Assembly: GCA_951406725.2 (NCBI GenBank)
Contig: OX597815.1
Location: forward strand, 173,786,001-173,850,000
Source of the DNA: Octopus vulgaris
Lineage: Eukaryota
Length of the DNA stretch: 64,000 nt
Direction: 5' to 3'
Part shown: one piece after another, positions 1 through 12,600 of the stretch
How positions within the stretch are numbered: the first letter of the stretch is position 1
How the letters are laid out: every line of letters starts with the position of its first letter
Translations under genes and position numbers: made by a program
Notes under the pieces: generated by a model
Told to the model about the DNA's origin: nothing
The model's input: only the letters and a program-made list of their open reading frames with translations
Databases searched by the model: none

Positions 1-701
1 ATTCTGAAGAAAAGAGGTCATTATGACAGTGGTAGGATAAGCAGAGAAAGCACAGTGCTTTATGAATTAGGGTTATATTTATGAAGTATTTTTTTTAATG
101 CTAATGTGCAAGTGATGCAATCAGATGCGGAAACAATTCCAATTATATAACAGTACACTGTATTGAAGTAGGTTTGAGTCTCAGAGCAAATTAGTAAGGT
201 GACTGAAAGTTAAATATCTCTGCCACCACTTTTTCTGGGGTGGGGGATTTACCTAAAGAGAAACAGCAGTGCACATAAACTATTTTCATATCAAATGTGT
301 GAAATTTTAATCAAACTTACAACTTTTCTATTTTAAAAGCCCATACATATTAGCTACAAGTCATGTTCTTTCTTATTGGACAGGTCATATTTAGTGAATA
401 GAAGACTCTTTCAACAACAAGAGCAAAAACAATGGAAAAGCACAGCTTAATAATGGAAGGTGGTTGAAGAATTTTGAAATGAGGGCTTGAATGCATGTAA
501 CTGACTTCTTTTGTATCAAACAGTCAAGAATGTGCAGGTGATGTGAGAATAGTTATATTTACATTCAGGGATACTCTTTTTACTGTTGATCATTCAATTG
601 TAAAGTATTAGTGCTTTTTTGTCAGTAAGGTAAATTGGAGCAAGCCAAGATCTTTACCTTGCACAAGGATACAACATAAATTACTATATCAGAGAATCAG
701 C

Positions 702-812
702 AACACACGTGGCTGTGTTAGGTTACAACAAAACATGACTGTATTAAGGAGGCAACAACACCTGTGGCTGTATTAGGGGTCACAAAAACACATGGCTACG
801 TTAAGGGGGCAC
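702..812. repeat. Degenerate minisatellite, four units of about 25-30 bp
   Basis: Units aacacacgtggctgtgttaggttac / aacaaaacatgactgtattaaggaggc / aacaacacctgtggctgtattaggggtcac / aaaaacacatggctacgttaagggggcac. Confidence 0.6.
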
Positions 813-960
813 AAAATAAATGTCACAAAGATACAATGCATTACTGCATTAAAATTCAAAATTCCAGTTGCTTTTCTTTCTTCTTTTGTAAGATTCTGGT
901 TAAAATGAAAATATTTGAAGTAAATGAAAACAGTAATTAAGAGGTGTGTATATGTATGTA

Positions 961-1070
961 GGCATGACTGTGTGTAAAAAAGCTTGCATCCCAACCACAT
1001 GGTTCTAGGTTCAGTCCCACTGCATGGTACCTTAGACAAGAATCTTTTACTGTAGCCTCAGTCCTGTGAG
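961..1070 (+). mobile_element. tRNA-derived SINE (family A), 5' head
   Basis: ggcatgactgtgtg...ccaaccacatggttctaggttcagtcccactgcatggtacctt with B-box-like GGTTCAGTCCC. Matches copies at 57762 and 59263. Confidence 0.75.
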
Positions 1071-1152
1071 TATATATATATATATATATATATATTTATA
1101 GTGGGGATAATCAAAATTCCTCTATTCTGTTACTACTATATATATAAATATA

Positions 1153-2068
1153 CATGATGTGGTATCAAAAGGTTCCTGGACTAATAAATAAATAAATAAC
1201 TTATTTACCTAAGTTTTAACATCATCTCTATCGAAATAGTCATTTTGTGCAGCAATACACTAATCCCAGCATTCCTGCCACTTTTGGAATCTGGCTTGGA
1301 AGTTATTTTCCGTATACGAGTTGAGGACCTTCTGCGATTCACTCCTGGGTCTCGACAATGGTGTTAAAATGGCAACCTTTGAGCTGCATTTTCATCTTGG
1401 GGAAGAGATGGAAATATGCAGGTGCTCTATCTGGCGAATAGGGTGCGGAAGCTAAACTATGTTGATTTGGCGAGAAACTTACAAGTAAGGAGAGCTTGGT
1501 GACAGGGTGCATTGTTGTTATGAAGAATCCAGTTCTTTGTGCTCCACCAATCTGGTTGCTTTCCCTGAATGTCCTCCCTCAAATGTTTCAAAAAATCGCA
1601 GAAGAACTCTCAATTGGCAGTCTGACTCTGGGGAATGAGTTCTTGATGCACAATACCACATTTCTGAGGGTGACGCACGTGGCAGGTCTTCCAGATTACT
1701 CATTGTATTCCAAGGATGTTTTTCTGCTTTTTAAGTGCCCTTGCCACTCAAAACATTGTGTACAACTGATTGCCTTCTCGCTGTAACCTAGCCAAAGCAT
1801 GCTTAATGTCTCTGTAGCAAACTTCCTAAATTTAATGCAAAATTTCATGTTGGCTCTTTGTTCCTGTCCATGACAAAATCACAGACTACAGCATACATGG
1901 GATCACAAAAAACACAAATTTCACAACTTGCGAAGTAAACACAGCAATGTCACTTGGCACACTGCCTCATGAAAGTCACTGCTAGCTCTCACTGTGCATG
2001 CAACTGTGTTGTACCATTTATTGGCATGCTACAGAACTAATCCAAAAACATTTTGACACTACCTCATA
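1153..2068 (-). mobile_element. Internally deleted mariner (Tc1/mariner) element with both TIRs
   Basis: TIRs catgatgtggtatcaaaaggttcctggacta and revcomp tatgaggtagtgtcaaaatgtttttggatta (23/31 identical) in TA context. Minus-strand motifs WILHNNNAPCH (HDNA motif, ~1500-1535), PYSPDRAPAYFHLFPKMKMQLKG (YSPDLAP motif, ~1375-1445) and FQKWQECWD*CIAAQNDYF (C-terminus). Confidence 0.88.
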
Positions 2069-2071
2069 TAT

Positions 2072-2275
2072 CTGTGTGTGTGTGTCCTACTACCACTTGA
2101 CAATTGGTATAAGTGTGTTTATATCCCTATAACTTCAATGTTCAGCAATAAAGACCAATAGAATAAGTAACAGGCTTTAAAAAAAATGGTTCTGGGGGTT
2201 AATTCATTCAATTAAAAATTCTTCAAGGCAGTGGTGCCCCAACATATATGCAGTCTAATGACTGAAACAAGTGAT
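2072..2275 (+). mobile_element. SINE family A, 3' part
   Basis: accacttgacaattggt...gaataagtaacaggc...gtgccccaacat...gcagtctaatgactgaaacaagt matches the tail at 59650-59845. Confidence 0.7.
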
Positions 2276-2281
2276 TATATT

Positions 2282-2445
2282 TTTGTATATGTATGTGTAT
2301 ATATATATATATATATATATTTGTATGTATATATATATAGATATATGTATGTATATATATATAGATATATGTATGTATATATATATAGATATATGTATGT
2401 ATATATATAGATATATGTATGTATATATATAGATGTATGTACATC

Positions 2446-2477
<32 letters not shown>

Positions 2478-2486
2478 GATATAGAT

Positions 2487-2531
<45 letters not shown>

Positions 2532-2541
2532 TGTATGTGTG

Positions 2542-2609
<68 letters not shown>

Positions 2610-2620
2610 CACACACATAG
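2282..2620. repeat. Compound microsatellite: (TA)n / ATATATGTATGT-type units, then (GA)n
   Basis: Directly visible. Source of the YIYI and SLSL ORFs. Confidence 0.97.
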
Positions 2621-2899
2621 AAAGAGTGCAGAGAAGAGACATGGGATGTGAAAGAGAGTAAGAAGTAGATGAGAGAGAGAGGGAGCAGGGAATTGTTGTT
2701 TAGCCCCAGATCAGCACCAACCAGCTGTATATACAATCAAATGAATTCAGGCAATGAACACATCTTTTCCTTTCTACCAGGAATTACATTATCCAATATG
2801 TCATTCCTTATGTCAGTCAAAATGACAAAATATGGTTTGAAAGAGGTTTCACTGGTATTTCTAGCAGGTAGAATGATCACACAGAAGCTGTTTCATTCA

Positions 2900-3300
2900 G
2901 GAGTAGAGAAGAAAGATGATGGAGAGTGGTGGAATGGGAAAGAGAAGAATGGGGTAAAGGGAGGGACAGAATAGAGTAAGAAGTATGGGATACATGGGGA
3001 AAGAGAGAAGGGTGGGCTGGAAGAAGAGAGAGAGAGAGAGAGAAAGAGAGAGGGGGGGAGCAGGAATAAAAGAAGAGATTAGAAGAGAAAAAAATAGATA
3101 AGACAGTGGGAAAAATTTAGCAAGATAGATTTAATGAATGAAAAATGAAAGAGGAAGAGTGGTGAGAAATGGGGTGTGAAAGAAAGGAAACAGAAAGAAA
3201 GGGGAGAGAAGTGAAAGAAAGAAGGAAAGGAGTGAGAAGAAAGGGAGGAAGGTAATGAAGATATGGGAAGGGAATACAGTAAAAAGAGAGTGATCATTGG
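2900..3300. repeat. Purine-rich (GA) low-complexity tract
   Basis: Strongly enriched in A/G on the + strand. Confidence 0.85.
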
Positions 3301-4529
3301 ACTGAAAGAGAAACAGTTAAGAAGAGTTAAGCCTGAAGTTAGCTATAACAGTTAACCCATAAGCTAGAAATATTGTGGACTTATGGAAATGATACTATAC
3401 ATTAATCTCAAGTGGTGGACTATTCACTGCGCCAGCTAAATCTTTAAAAAGATCCACCAAAGTAAACACTTCATCAAAAATAGAAACAAAACGTCTCAAC
3501 CCAACACCAACCATCAGCAAACAGTTGCGTTCAATCAGAGTAAAAACAGCTTCTGCATATTAACCACCAGCCCCATGAAATTATGATAAACATTGAATGG
3601 CAATAAAAAAAAAAAAATGAATATATTGTAAAGTGAGAGAAAAATACACAAATATATAACATAAGTTTACATTATAATCCATTATAAGCAGAAAATACTA
3701 CACAAAAACAAAAAAAAATCCAGTTGAGTTAAAAAGTAGTGACAGCTCCATCAAACTTCATTGGAGTTAACAAAGTTAACTAGTTTTATACACCTAATAT
3801 TCTAGATATATATCTTAGTTATAAAACAAAATTCCACACTGACGGTTTATTTTGAGAATGGGCATATACATTTTTATCTAGTTTACAGTATACAGGAGTT
3901 ATCACATAGTCATGTAAATGGTATTTCACCAGTATTATCAAAAGAATGCTATTAGGAAGTCTGTTCAAAACTGGTAACTTTTCATTGGTTTAAATCTATG
4001 TTTTTAAGAAAAATATTAAAATTTAGGTTTTTTCAGTAAAATATTTAACTTCAGTTTTTTCTTGAGCAATTAGTAGAATTGTTTCTTTTTCTTTTTTTCT
4101 TTTTATGAAAAGCCAACATCCATCTAATAAGGGAGAATAATTTAGCATTTTTAAAAATAATTATCCCCCTTGCATTGTTATCTACAAAGGTAGATAGCAA
4201 AATTTTTTTTTCTTTTATAGTTTTAAGGTCTAGTTCTTGCTTTAACTGGAAATTAAAAATAAAAATTGAATAACAGAAAAAGTATTCATATGTTCTGTTT
4301 TAATTTCAACAGTTCTACTTTGAAATTATCTCAACAAATTGCAACAGTTAGATATATGGTACTTCGAGAAGACTAATTGAGAAAAATGTTAGTACACTTC
4401 TCATAAGAGAAAACTTCATTCATTCATTTATTTCAAAGTGTCATTTCTGAAGGACATTCAGCAGAGTTTAACATTTCTCTGAAATAACTGAAGTAACTGA
4501 ATTCTCTGCCAGTTTTGACAATAATTATT

Positions 4530-4690
4530 CTAGTTGCTTTATCAACTGAATGATTTATTCCATTGAGTACAAGTGTAAGTGACTGAGTATTCCATAGATG
4601 CTTGTACTTTTCACATAATATTTGGACAAAAATCAGTTTGACAAAGTAACTGAAAAGGGTGATTGATGGCTTTTTGAATTACATGTACAA
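4530..4690 (-). mobile_element. Degenerate SINE-like repeat (family D), inverted relative to the copy at 6675-6868
   Basis: The reverse complement loosely matches gtaattcaaaag...gagtgctctgccaattgcacattaat...gatcaactgg of the 6.7-kb copy. Confidence 0.5.
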
Positions 4691-4836
4691 TCCATCTGTT
4701 GGGATTTCGATTTCCAGCTGCACAATTTCACTCATAAACCTTAAATTAATGTCAAGCCATGGTGAAAAGCATACTAAGAAAAAAAAAGGCACAAAATCAT
4801 GACTACAAAACAAACTTCTTAATCATTTATTTTATA

Positions 4837-5426
4837 TAATAATAATAATAATAAAAACATTGTATACAGTGCTCAGGTGCACTACAACTCATCTAAAGTG
4901 TATGTATAATCAGGTGTAGTTTCGGCAGATTTCGGAAAGCATGAGGGCCTTAAAGGATGCAGCGTCATGGCAGTCAACAACTGACGCAGGCAGTTTGTTC
5001 CATGCTTCAGCAACTCTGAGCGTGAAAAAATGTTTCCGAAAGTCATGGGAGCTGTGTTGTTTTCTGACTTTGTAGGCATGTCCACATGTGTTAGATACAT
5101 GAAGATCAAAAAGGTGTTCAGTGTTGTTGTTGGTGAGGTGGTTGATAACTTTGTGGGTGTTTACCAAGTCCATCGCCAGACGCCGGAGCTTCAGTGAATC
5201 CATGCCTAGGGAAACAAGGCGGTCAGAGTATGGTAGGTGTCTGATGGAGGGTATGCGTTTGGTTGCACGTCTCTGAACAGATTCCAGGAGGTCAATGTTC
5301 TGAGCAAGATAGGGTTTCCAAACTGATGATGCGAATTCCAAGTGTGGTTGTACCATAGCTGTATACAGTTTTAAATAGATGGCTGGAGAGCAGCTAACAA
5401 AAGTCTTGCTGAGTGATGCCAAGACA
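4837..5426 (-). mobile_element. 5'-truncated CR1-type LINE: RT C-terminal region, 3' UTR and (ATT)n tail
   Basis: Open frame LYTAMVQPHLEFASSVWKPY...LESVQRRATK...RLVSLGMDSLKLRR...RKHFFTLRVAEAWNKLP is typical of the CR1-group ORF2 C-terminus. Stop at 4912-4910 and simple-repeat tail at 4837-4855. Confidence 0.92.
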
Positions 5427-5427
5427 C

Positions 5428-5459
<32 letters not shown>

Positions 5460-5611
5460 CTATATTATAAATATAATAATTTTTAGAAGCTGAAGCTTCT
5501 TGGATCATCACTATGGGTTTCACATTACAGATTATTGAAATGATTTGTTTGAATAATTAGTTAACATGAAACTTAGAATAACAATTCATGAAAACACACA
5601 TATATACTTAC

Positions 5612-5704
5612 TAGGGTTTCGCCACTTAAAACTTCCAACAGTGAAAGTAGATTGCATCCATCAGATAAATCTTTGAACAGATCATTAACAACTGGACGAT
5701 CAGC
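5612..5704 (-). CDS. DMD: Dystrophin/utrophin-like internal coding exon, 93 nt, CH1 domain (equivalent to DMD exon 3)
   Basis: Minus strand: ttgttttcttttcag|GCTGATCGT...GAAACCCTA|gtaagt. 31 codons, phase 0-0, ADRPVVNDLFKDLSDGCNLLSLLEVLSGETL with the CH1 motif DLFxDLxDGxxLLxLLEVLSG. It joins in frame to the 62-nt exon. A length of 93 nt fits dystrophin; as recalled the plectin/dystonin equivalent is 90 nt and nesprin 96 nt. Confidence 0.88.
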
Positions 5705-6674
5705 CTGAAAAGAAAACAAATAAGTGATTAAAAATAGCTTTATAAATTTCATAAATATATAGGTACCCCTTGCATTATGGAAGTGTTGTGTTTGTGAAAA
5801 GCTTGACATAGTTATGCAAAACCTATTTCCACACTGACTTTCAAGTTCCATAATATGGAAGTCAATGTGGGGGAAAAGGTTTTACATTTTGAAATTCTAC
5901 ATTGTAGCAGGATTTTCAGGAAAACAATGCTTCTGTTAATGGGAAAATGCCTGTAGTTGGAAATTTGAGGTTGAAATTAGGAAAAATTATCATAAAATGA
6001 GAAATAGCTAGATAGTTAAATGTTGTCTTAATTTTGATAAAATTTCTTGGCGATTTACAAATCTGTACATTTTTAGAATAAAGAATCTAAAAATGAATGC
6101 ACAGACACCTGCCATTTGGGGTTTTCAATATGGCCAATATGAAATAAATTTTTTGAGCTAACTCAGCTTCTAGTTAATCTAGAAACGTAAGCATGCTTAA
6201 CCCAGGCTTTCTGGATCATAGAATCCAATAAAGGCCTCAAAACAGGATCAGGATTACAGAAAAAGCAACAAACACAGGTAATTGAAAGCTATTGTCTTTA
6301 TATTTCTGTAATAACTGTATTACATAATACACATAGCAAGTCTTGTGAAGTTATAAATTATGTGTCTATAATGTAAGAAAGCAGCCTTGTTAGTTTTAAG
6401 TTCTACAATGGTTTATTAAGTTTATATTAAGAATATACTTTTAGAGATCTCCACTGTCCTATCATTTTTGACAAAGTCTATGCCATTTTTACAGTCACTT
6501 CCACATGAAGGTCTGTGGAAGCCAAATTTGTCTTCTGCATGGACAACTCCAAGTTGTGTATGGGATTTGATTTCACATATAACCAACTCTACATGATTTG
6601 TGGAGCAGGTGGAACCTTCATAGTGGAACGTAATATCTCACCATAGTTATTCTAATAACAGGTATGACTTAGTG

Positions 6675-6868
6675 GAAAAAATGAGTAGTACTTGTAATTC
6701 AAAAGATCAGCCTTGTAATTCTGTGTCAAGTTGAATCTTCCTGGGAACTATGTTAAGGGTTTTAATGTCTTTAGAGTGCTCTGCCAATTGCACATTAATT
6801 TCGTAAGCAGGTTGTTCCATTGATCAGATCAACTGGAACCCTCACTGTTGTAACTGGTAGCATGCCAG
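6675..6868 (+). mobile_element. SINE-like repeat (family D) fragment
   Basis: aattcaaaagatcagccttgt...gttccattgatcagatcaactggaaccctc resembles a common octopus interspersed repeat (recalled) and has a second copy in this window. Confidence 0.55.
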
Positions 6869-7879
6869 ATTTACTGAGTCAAACAGAAGTTGCCATATGG
6901 CAGTGGCTTGACACTAAACCCTACTCTGTGCACATGCGTTTTCAATGAGCTGTAGAAGGCAACTTACTACATTCTGCCAGATTCTTGCAGAACAGATGCC
7001 ACCTTAGGTCTAGAAAATCTGATACACAGACAGCTTTTGTGCAGTATATTAAATATACAAAGATGGCAAATGCATCTTTCATCTTCTCTGTTTGGTTACC
7101 TTCTTGAGCCAGTTATATAAATTCTGAGATGCCCTGTTAACTATAGAAACTACATAGATTTTGCCAAGTTCATAGAATCTTCCAATACTGTCTTCTCTAG
7201 TTGATGCATGGAATATAGTTAACACATCTGCTTTGTTCAGTTTCAATGCACCCCAAACTTACACAATTTCCAAAATAACCAATGTATATATCACAGTGTG
7301 TTTGCAGAGCTTGTCATAGTGCAACATCCAAAACTAAACATTAGTATCTGGGCTAACCATCTGTCATTCTGAAAAGCAATTGCATTAGCTTCTAACTTTA
7401 TGTTAACTTTTTGTGCAGCTTGATGCTACTGAAATTACTAACTTTGCATTATTCTTGGGTACCACTTGTGCAAAGTTTTCATCTAAATTGGCTGATTTTC
7501 GTCCATGGGATATATGTTCCATTGGTATTTGTTTAATGTTAGAGTCAACAAAAATTTGGCATTGAATTGGATGTTTACAATGACAGTGTTTCTCACTCTT
7601 CACAACAGATATATTTCTCAAATTCAAACAAAGTTTTGAAATTACTTCTTTCCAGTCATTAAAATAATTATAAGTGGATTCCTTGTCTTTGAAAACATGG
7701 ATCAGGTATATTGAAGAGTTATATAAATTGGAAGATGTGAGCAGATTATTTTTATGCATCACTGATAAGTGCATATCTGTAAAGATATTAAGCTCTAAAA
7801 GTAAAGCAAGTATTAAAATTAGAAATCTGTGTCACCAGTGATTTTCTTAGCTCAAACCTAGAGATTGTAAGAGTGGAAG

Positions 7880-9130
7880 ACCTAGTAAGAGGATGCTAGT
7901 ATACGCTCAAATTGGAGAATGAGACCAAATGGTGTGATGGTAGCAGCATAGTAACAAAGGTTGTTCTGGAAATAGGGGGAATTGAGGTGGAGGACACAGC
8001 CTGGTTCAGGCAAATGGATGATCACAATCACATCAATGTAGTTGAATTGGACACACTGTCGAAGGAAATGAATCTGGTCCAGAGATTGGGGCTGCATATT
8101 ATCAAGATGCAAACTGATTCAGCCATTGTGCTTGGATGGGTGGGATCAGTGATCACTGCTGAGAGGAGAGTACAAACGAAAGAGGCAGCAAAGATGTTAA
8201 TAAAGCACCATCTAGGGATTCTGGGAGAGCTAGCTGCCAGAGTATTCAGAGCTGGAGATAGCTGCAGTATGTCAGCTAGGAAGACTGCATACCATATAAC
8301 ATATGGGAGAGAACAAGACACTAAGCATTCAAAATGCGGTCTGAAGTTGTGGCCGGTGTCAGTCCATTGACCCCTGCTGCACTAGGTGGGAAACATCTCA
8401 GCAGAACACAACTGGAAATGACTGGCAGTAGATGTAACTCACTACTGGTAGGGGACATGTCTCTTGATGATCAACTGCAGACTGGGGTGGTGGCAATATG
8501 GAAGGAAATCAAGACAGGTATTGCAGATGAAGTTTCTTGAATTGTGAATGAGATGTAGCTGGAGCAGAGACCAGTAGACAAGTTGCTGATGGACAACAGC
8601 ATAGCATTTTGCTTGGAAGAGCAGCTAGAAATGCTTAAGAAATAGAACATGAACTGTTTCTTTAGAGTGGCATATAGGCCATGTGGAAATGGTATTGTGG
8701 ATTGACACTATTGCACAATCAAGGTCATGATGGAGAGGGGGACATATCTCAGCAACTGAGGCAGTATTCTAGTATAATATGTTACCCTAGTCAGTACCAT
8801 GCAGAGTGGTATTCAGATATGAATGGCAATATCCATGTATGGTATCACAGTGATCTGCAAAAGACAGAGAGCCTGCTTCTGTACAGGTAGGGGGTGAAGT
8901 CTGGGTCAAGCCCCCAAATGTGTGCTGCACATCTCAATGGGGAAAAGGAATAGTAACTGCAATTAATTCTTGAAATAACATGCCTGTGAATGGAATGCTG
9001 CATCATGTCTTGGATGTTTGCAGAATTGTTGATTCATCAGGTGATGAAGGAAGAGGAAGAGGATGTGTGCAGCGCCACATCTCTGTGGAGGTCAACAGTG
9101 GGTGAAATGTCCACACAGTGGATGGCAGAT
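7880..9130 (+). mobile_element. Decayed Ty3/Gypsy pol fragment (RNase H + integrase)
   Basis: WCDGSSIV..VVLEIGG..VEDTAWFR..D.NHINVVELD (RNase H-like), then RLAVDVTHY, PVDKLLMDNSIAF, FRVAYRPCGNGIVD and VWVKPPN (integrase core/C-terminus), with stops and frameshifts. Confidence 0.8.
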
Positions 9131-9897
9131 TTTGACATGGAGTGAAGTAATGTGGAGAGTTTCGAGGTCAGGAGGTGAGTTTCGAGGTCAGAGGTGAGTT
9201 AGAAGCATAAGGTCAGTGACATTATGTGAATGACCAAGGAGCCTTGCTGGAAGGAGAGGAATGTGGAAGGCCTTATGAGCAGAAGGATGACTTGTGTGGG
9301 CCTCTTATGCTTTGGGGGCTGCTGCTTGGGATGGATACAGTGATCACATGAGTTGAGGTAATTTACTGGCTGGAGATTAGGTGGGTAGGGCTCCTATGGA
9401 TATATCCTGGTTGGATATATGAGAGGACCCGCAAGGTAGGTGAATTATGCTTTTTACCCCATACCACAACTTGTTTTGCAAGTGACTTGGTTGAATTGGG
9501 AATGTGTTGAAATTGAAATAGCTATATTGTAAAAAAAAGTCCAGAGCCATTTAACACTCAAAAACTATTATGTTCAGTTTTCATTTATTTCTCTCATGAA
9601 GCATCAAAAATTTCACTTTTGCAACTTAGCCACTGATGTACTTTCACTTCATCTAATGCAAATCAGTCATAAACTTTTAAGCTGAGCAGAGAAGGTGAGA
9701 TGAGGTGTATTTCTTTTCTTTTCCTCTACATTTGTTTTTTCATCTTTTATTTAGTTTCTTAGTTACATTCAACTTTAAGCATGTCAGTTTAATACATAAA
9801 TTATTTTATTTTATGGTTAGTGAGTGTGAGTAAATCTATTATATTTTTATTGTTGAACCCTTCTGGATGGGAATTTTTGTTTTAACATTTTGCTTTA

Positions 9898-10110
9898 AGG
9901 TGGCAAGCTGGTCAACTTGTGAGCATGCCAGGCAAAATGTTTAACAGCATTTCATCCATTTTTATGGGCTGAGTTCAAATCTTGCCAAGGTTGATTTTGC
10001 TTGTCATTCTTCTAGGGTCAACAAGAGAAATAACAGTTGAACACTGAGGTCATTGTAATTGACTTACCCCTCCCCAACAATTCTTGGCCTTGTGCCAAGA
10101 TTTGAAACCA
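9898..10110 (+). mobile_element. SINE family B
   Basis: ggtggcaagctgg...ctgagttcaaatcttgccaaggttgattttgc...cactgaggtcattgtaatt matches the insert at 59404-59600. Confidence 0.7.
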
Positions 10111-10474
10111 ATATTTTGCTTATACCTAAGGGAAATATTAAATTATTTGTTGTTGAATTTTAGTGTTACTTTTTGAACTTTGAATTTCTGGGTCTTTTGT
10201 TACTTTCAGATTCAATTTTTTCTTTTATTTTTTCCCTTCTCTATTTGTACTATCTTGTTATTTATTCAATTTAATATCATTACTTTTTAAAAAATAATAG
10301 TTATTAATAGCAATTTTTTGTTTATGCTTGTTTTTCTCAAGGGTAGGTTTTGAATGTTTTGTGATGTTCACTATGTATTTCTAAAAGTCTCAAATATCTG
10401 CCAATAACAAATGTCTATTAATATTGCCGAGATGGAGAGAAAGAGAGAGGGGGAAGTGTGTTAGTGTAAACAAT

Positions 10475-10700
10475 ATCATCAACATCATTTTATGTCCACT
10501 TTCCATGTTGGCATGGGTTCAATGGACCATGATGATCCAAGTCAGTTCTTATTGGAAGTTACTACCTTCATAGATAGGTCAGGGACAATGTCCACATTTC
10601 ATTTTGATACGGTGCCTATAGCTAAATGTCCTTCCTAATACCAACCGCTTCACAGAGTACACTGGGAGTATTTTATCATGGCACTAGCACTAGAGAAGTT
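10475..10700 (-). mobile_element. SINE family C with (GAT)n tail
   Basis: catcatttt...tttccatgttggcatgggtt...ccttcctaataccaacc is the reverse complement of the family C 3' end. Confidence 0.7.
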
Positions 10701-12600
10701 ATCTTGTCCCTGGAAAGACTACAGAGTCCTGCCGACCCAATTTTGTCTTTGTTCATTTGTCAGCCACTTTATATGCACTCCTTAAGTATGGTTCATTGAT
10801 GTCACCCCACTTGGACTTACAGCTAAGACTGCATGTTCTTTTTTAATTTCATCTATTTCTATTTTTTACTTCTGTAATATGCTAATATTTTATTCACTTT
10901 TGTTTTGTATTAAGGTAGATTAGAAAGTGTTTATTCAGTAATTAAAGAATGGGTGGAGAATGACAACTTGAGATCTAAACTCGAGCAATATTAATAAATA
11001 TAAATATTAAATTCTTCTAAGCTACATTAAGAGAACTCAGCAACTAGAAAACATTAGCCATCAACCCAACACTTAGCTCTATATATGTGACATTAAGGTG
11101 TACATCTCTGTTTACATGAATCAAAGTAGTAAAAGAGTCAAATTTCAGATATTAAATAAATGTTAATGTAAAACTACTCACATTGGTTTTTGTCATTAAC
11201 CAGTCAAGGTTTTTTTTTTTTTTGTGCTAGCTCAGTTTTACAGTAGGCAGTAGTAGTAGTAAATATAAAAATACCATATTTTCAACCATATCAAATTTTT
11301 CAATAAACTGTATTGGCATATTAGAATACTCAACTGAACATGAGCTGAGTAGTTTAGAGTTCAAAATCTTTATCATTAAATTTTTCATGGAACAATTGAT
11401 TTAGGTTTTCAAATTGTTACCTCTAGGTATGTTGCTCCGAAGAGTTCCCTCTGTAACATTTATAAATTTCAGAACATCTGCTGCTCTTGCAAGAAACAAA
11501 TAAGTTTGACTGTGTAAAATGGCAGTTATATTTAGCAGCAATCAGAAACAAATAAATAAGAATAAACTTTGAAAAATGTGAGAAATATTATAAGTTGGAT
11601 GCAGTGTATCTAAAAGGTAAAGTTCAAACAATCTAACAGTTGGCCTGACAGTATAAAAAGAATTCATGAGGAGAAATTAAATAATGTATGATACATGTGA
11701 AAGAAAATAGCATTGCCCAAAACAGAAACAAACAATTTAGACATACATCTGCAAATGCCAGGCAAACAATAAAATAGATATTCATAGAATATTAAAATAG
11801 TTATGATCTTGAAATTCTAAGTGTGGACTTGGGAAATATTTTGAAATGAGAATTATATCAATCTGCTTAAAATATTGTAAACTATAATATACACATACAA
11901 TGATTGAACCAAAAGATTTGAAGTTAACCCAGGAAATATTTTAAAACAGATACAACAAAATCTAACACTTATAAAAAGAAATTGAGTATCAAACAACAAT
12001 GTACATTGTAATATATTTTTTATCTTAAACCCTTATCTACCTTCAATGTCTGTTTGTGGTACTTTCCACAACTATACCTGATGATATCTACTATTTTCTT
12101 TAAGAAGTAGATTTTAAAATAAAAAAACTTATCTAAATAACATACAATATCAAGAATTCACCTAAAAGCAATACTTAAATATCTCTGTTGATATTATCAA
12201 CACAATAATACAAAAATAATTTATATAAATTTCATAAATAGAAATAGAATGGAGCTACCATATATGGAAATAGTATTTGCAATCCAACTATTATACAAGC
12301 TAGGGTTTTGAAGAGGACAGCTTCAGTAATAATAATAATAAATTACATATTTGTGAGTGTGAGTAGGGTTATGTATATGAGTGTAAGTAGAGGAAAACTG
12401 CAGTGGAGATATATACAACAGCTGGATAGTGTATAGACAATGTGAGTGTGATGTGTACATATATATGTGCATGCATTCCAAATGTTATGTTGATGCACAC
12501 AGATTACAATATGTTGATATACTTTTTTTTTTCTATAGCCATAGAGATATATCGTCTATATTCTGATGTGTGCATGCAAGCACATATACATACATACATG

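Noticed and set aside
702-812. CRISPR-like repeat array
   Set aside because: Units are contiguous and degenerate with no unique spacers, the context is eukaryotic, and there are no cas genes.
961-1030. tRNA genes at SINE heads (also 57762 and 59263)
   Set aside because: Only A/B-box-like remnants continuing into SINE bodies. No cloverleaf is supportable.
2223-2736. ORFs rich in YIYI/SLSL
   Set aside because: Translations of (TA)n and (GA)n microsatellites.
1-5611. Next dystrophin exon (exon 4 homologue, ..EKG..RVH.LNNV..)
   Set aside because: Not found by eye. It probably lies beyond the left edge of the window.
5573-5851. 92-aa ORF as a standalone gene
   Set aside because: Only the 31 codons between the AG and GT sites are CH-like. 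The flanks are intronic.
6950-7800. Possible decayed DNA transposon or coding relic (ORF 7403..7774)
   Set aside because: No motif I can assign with confidence.
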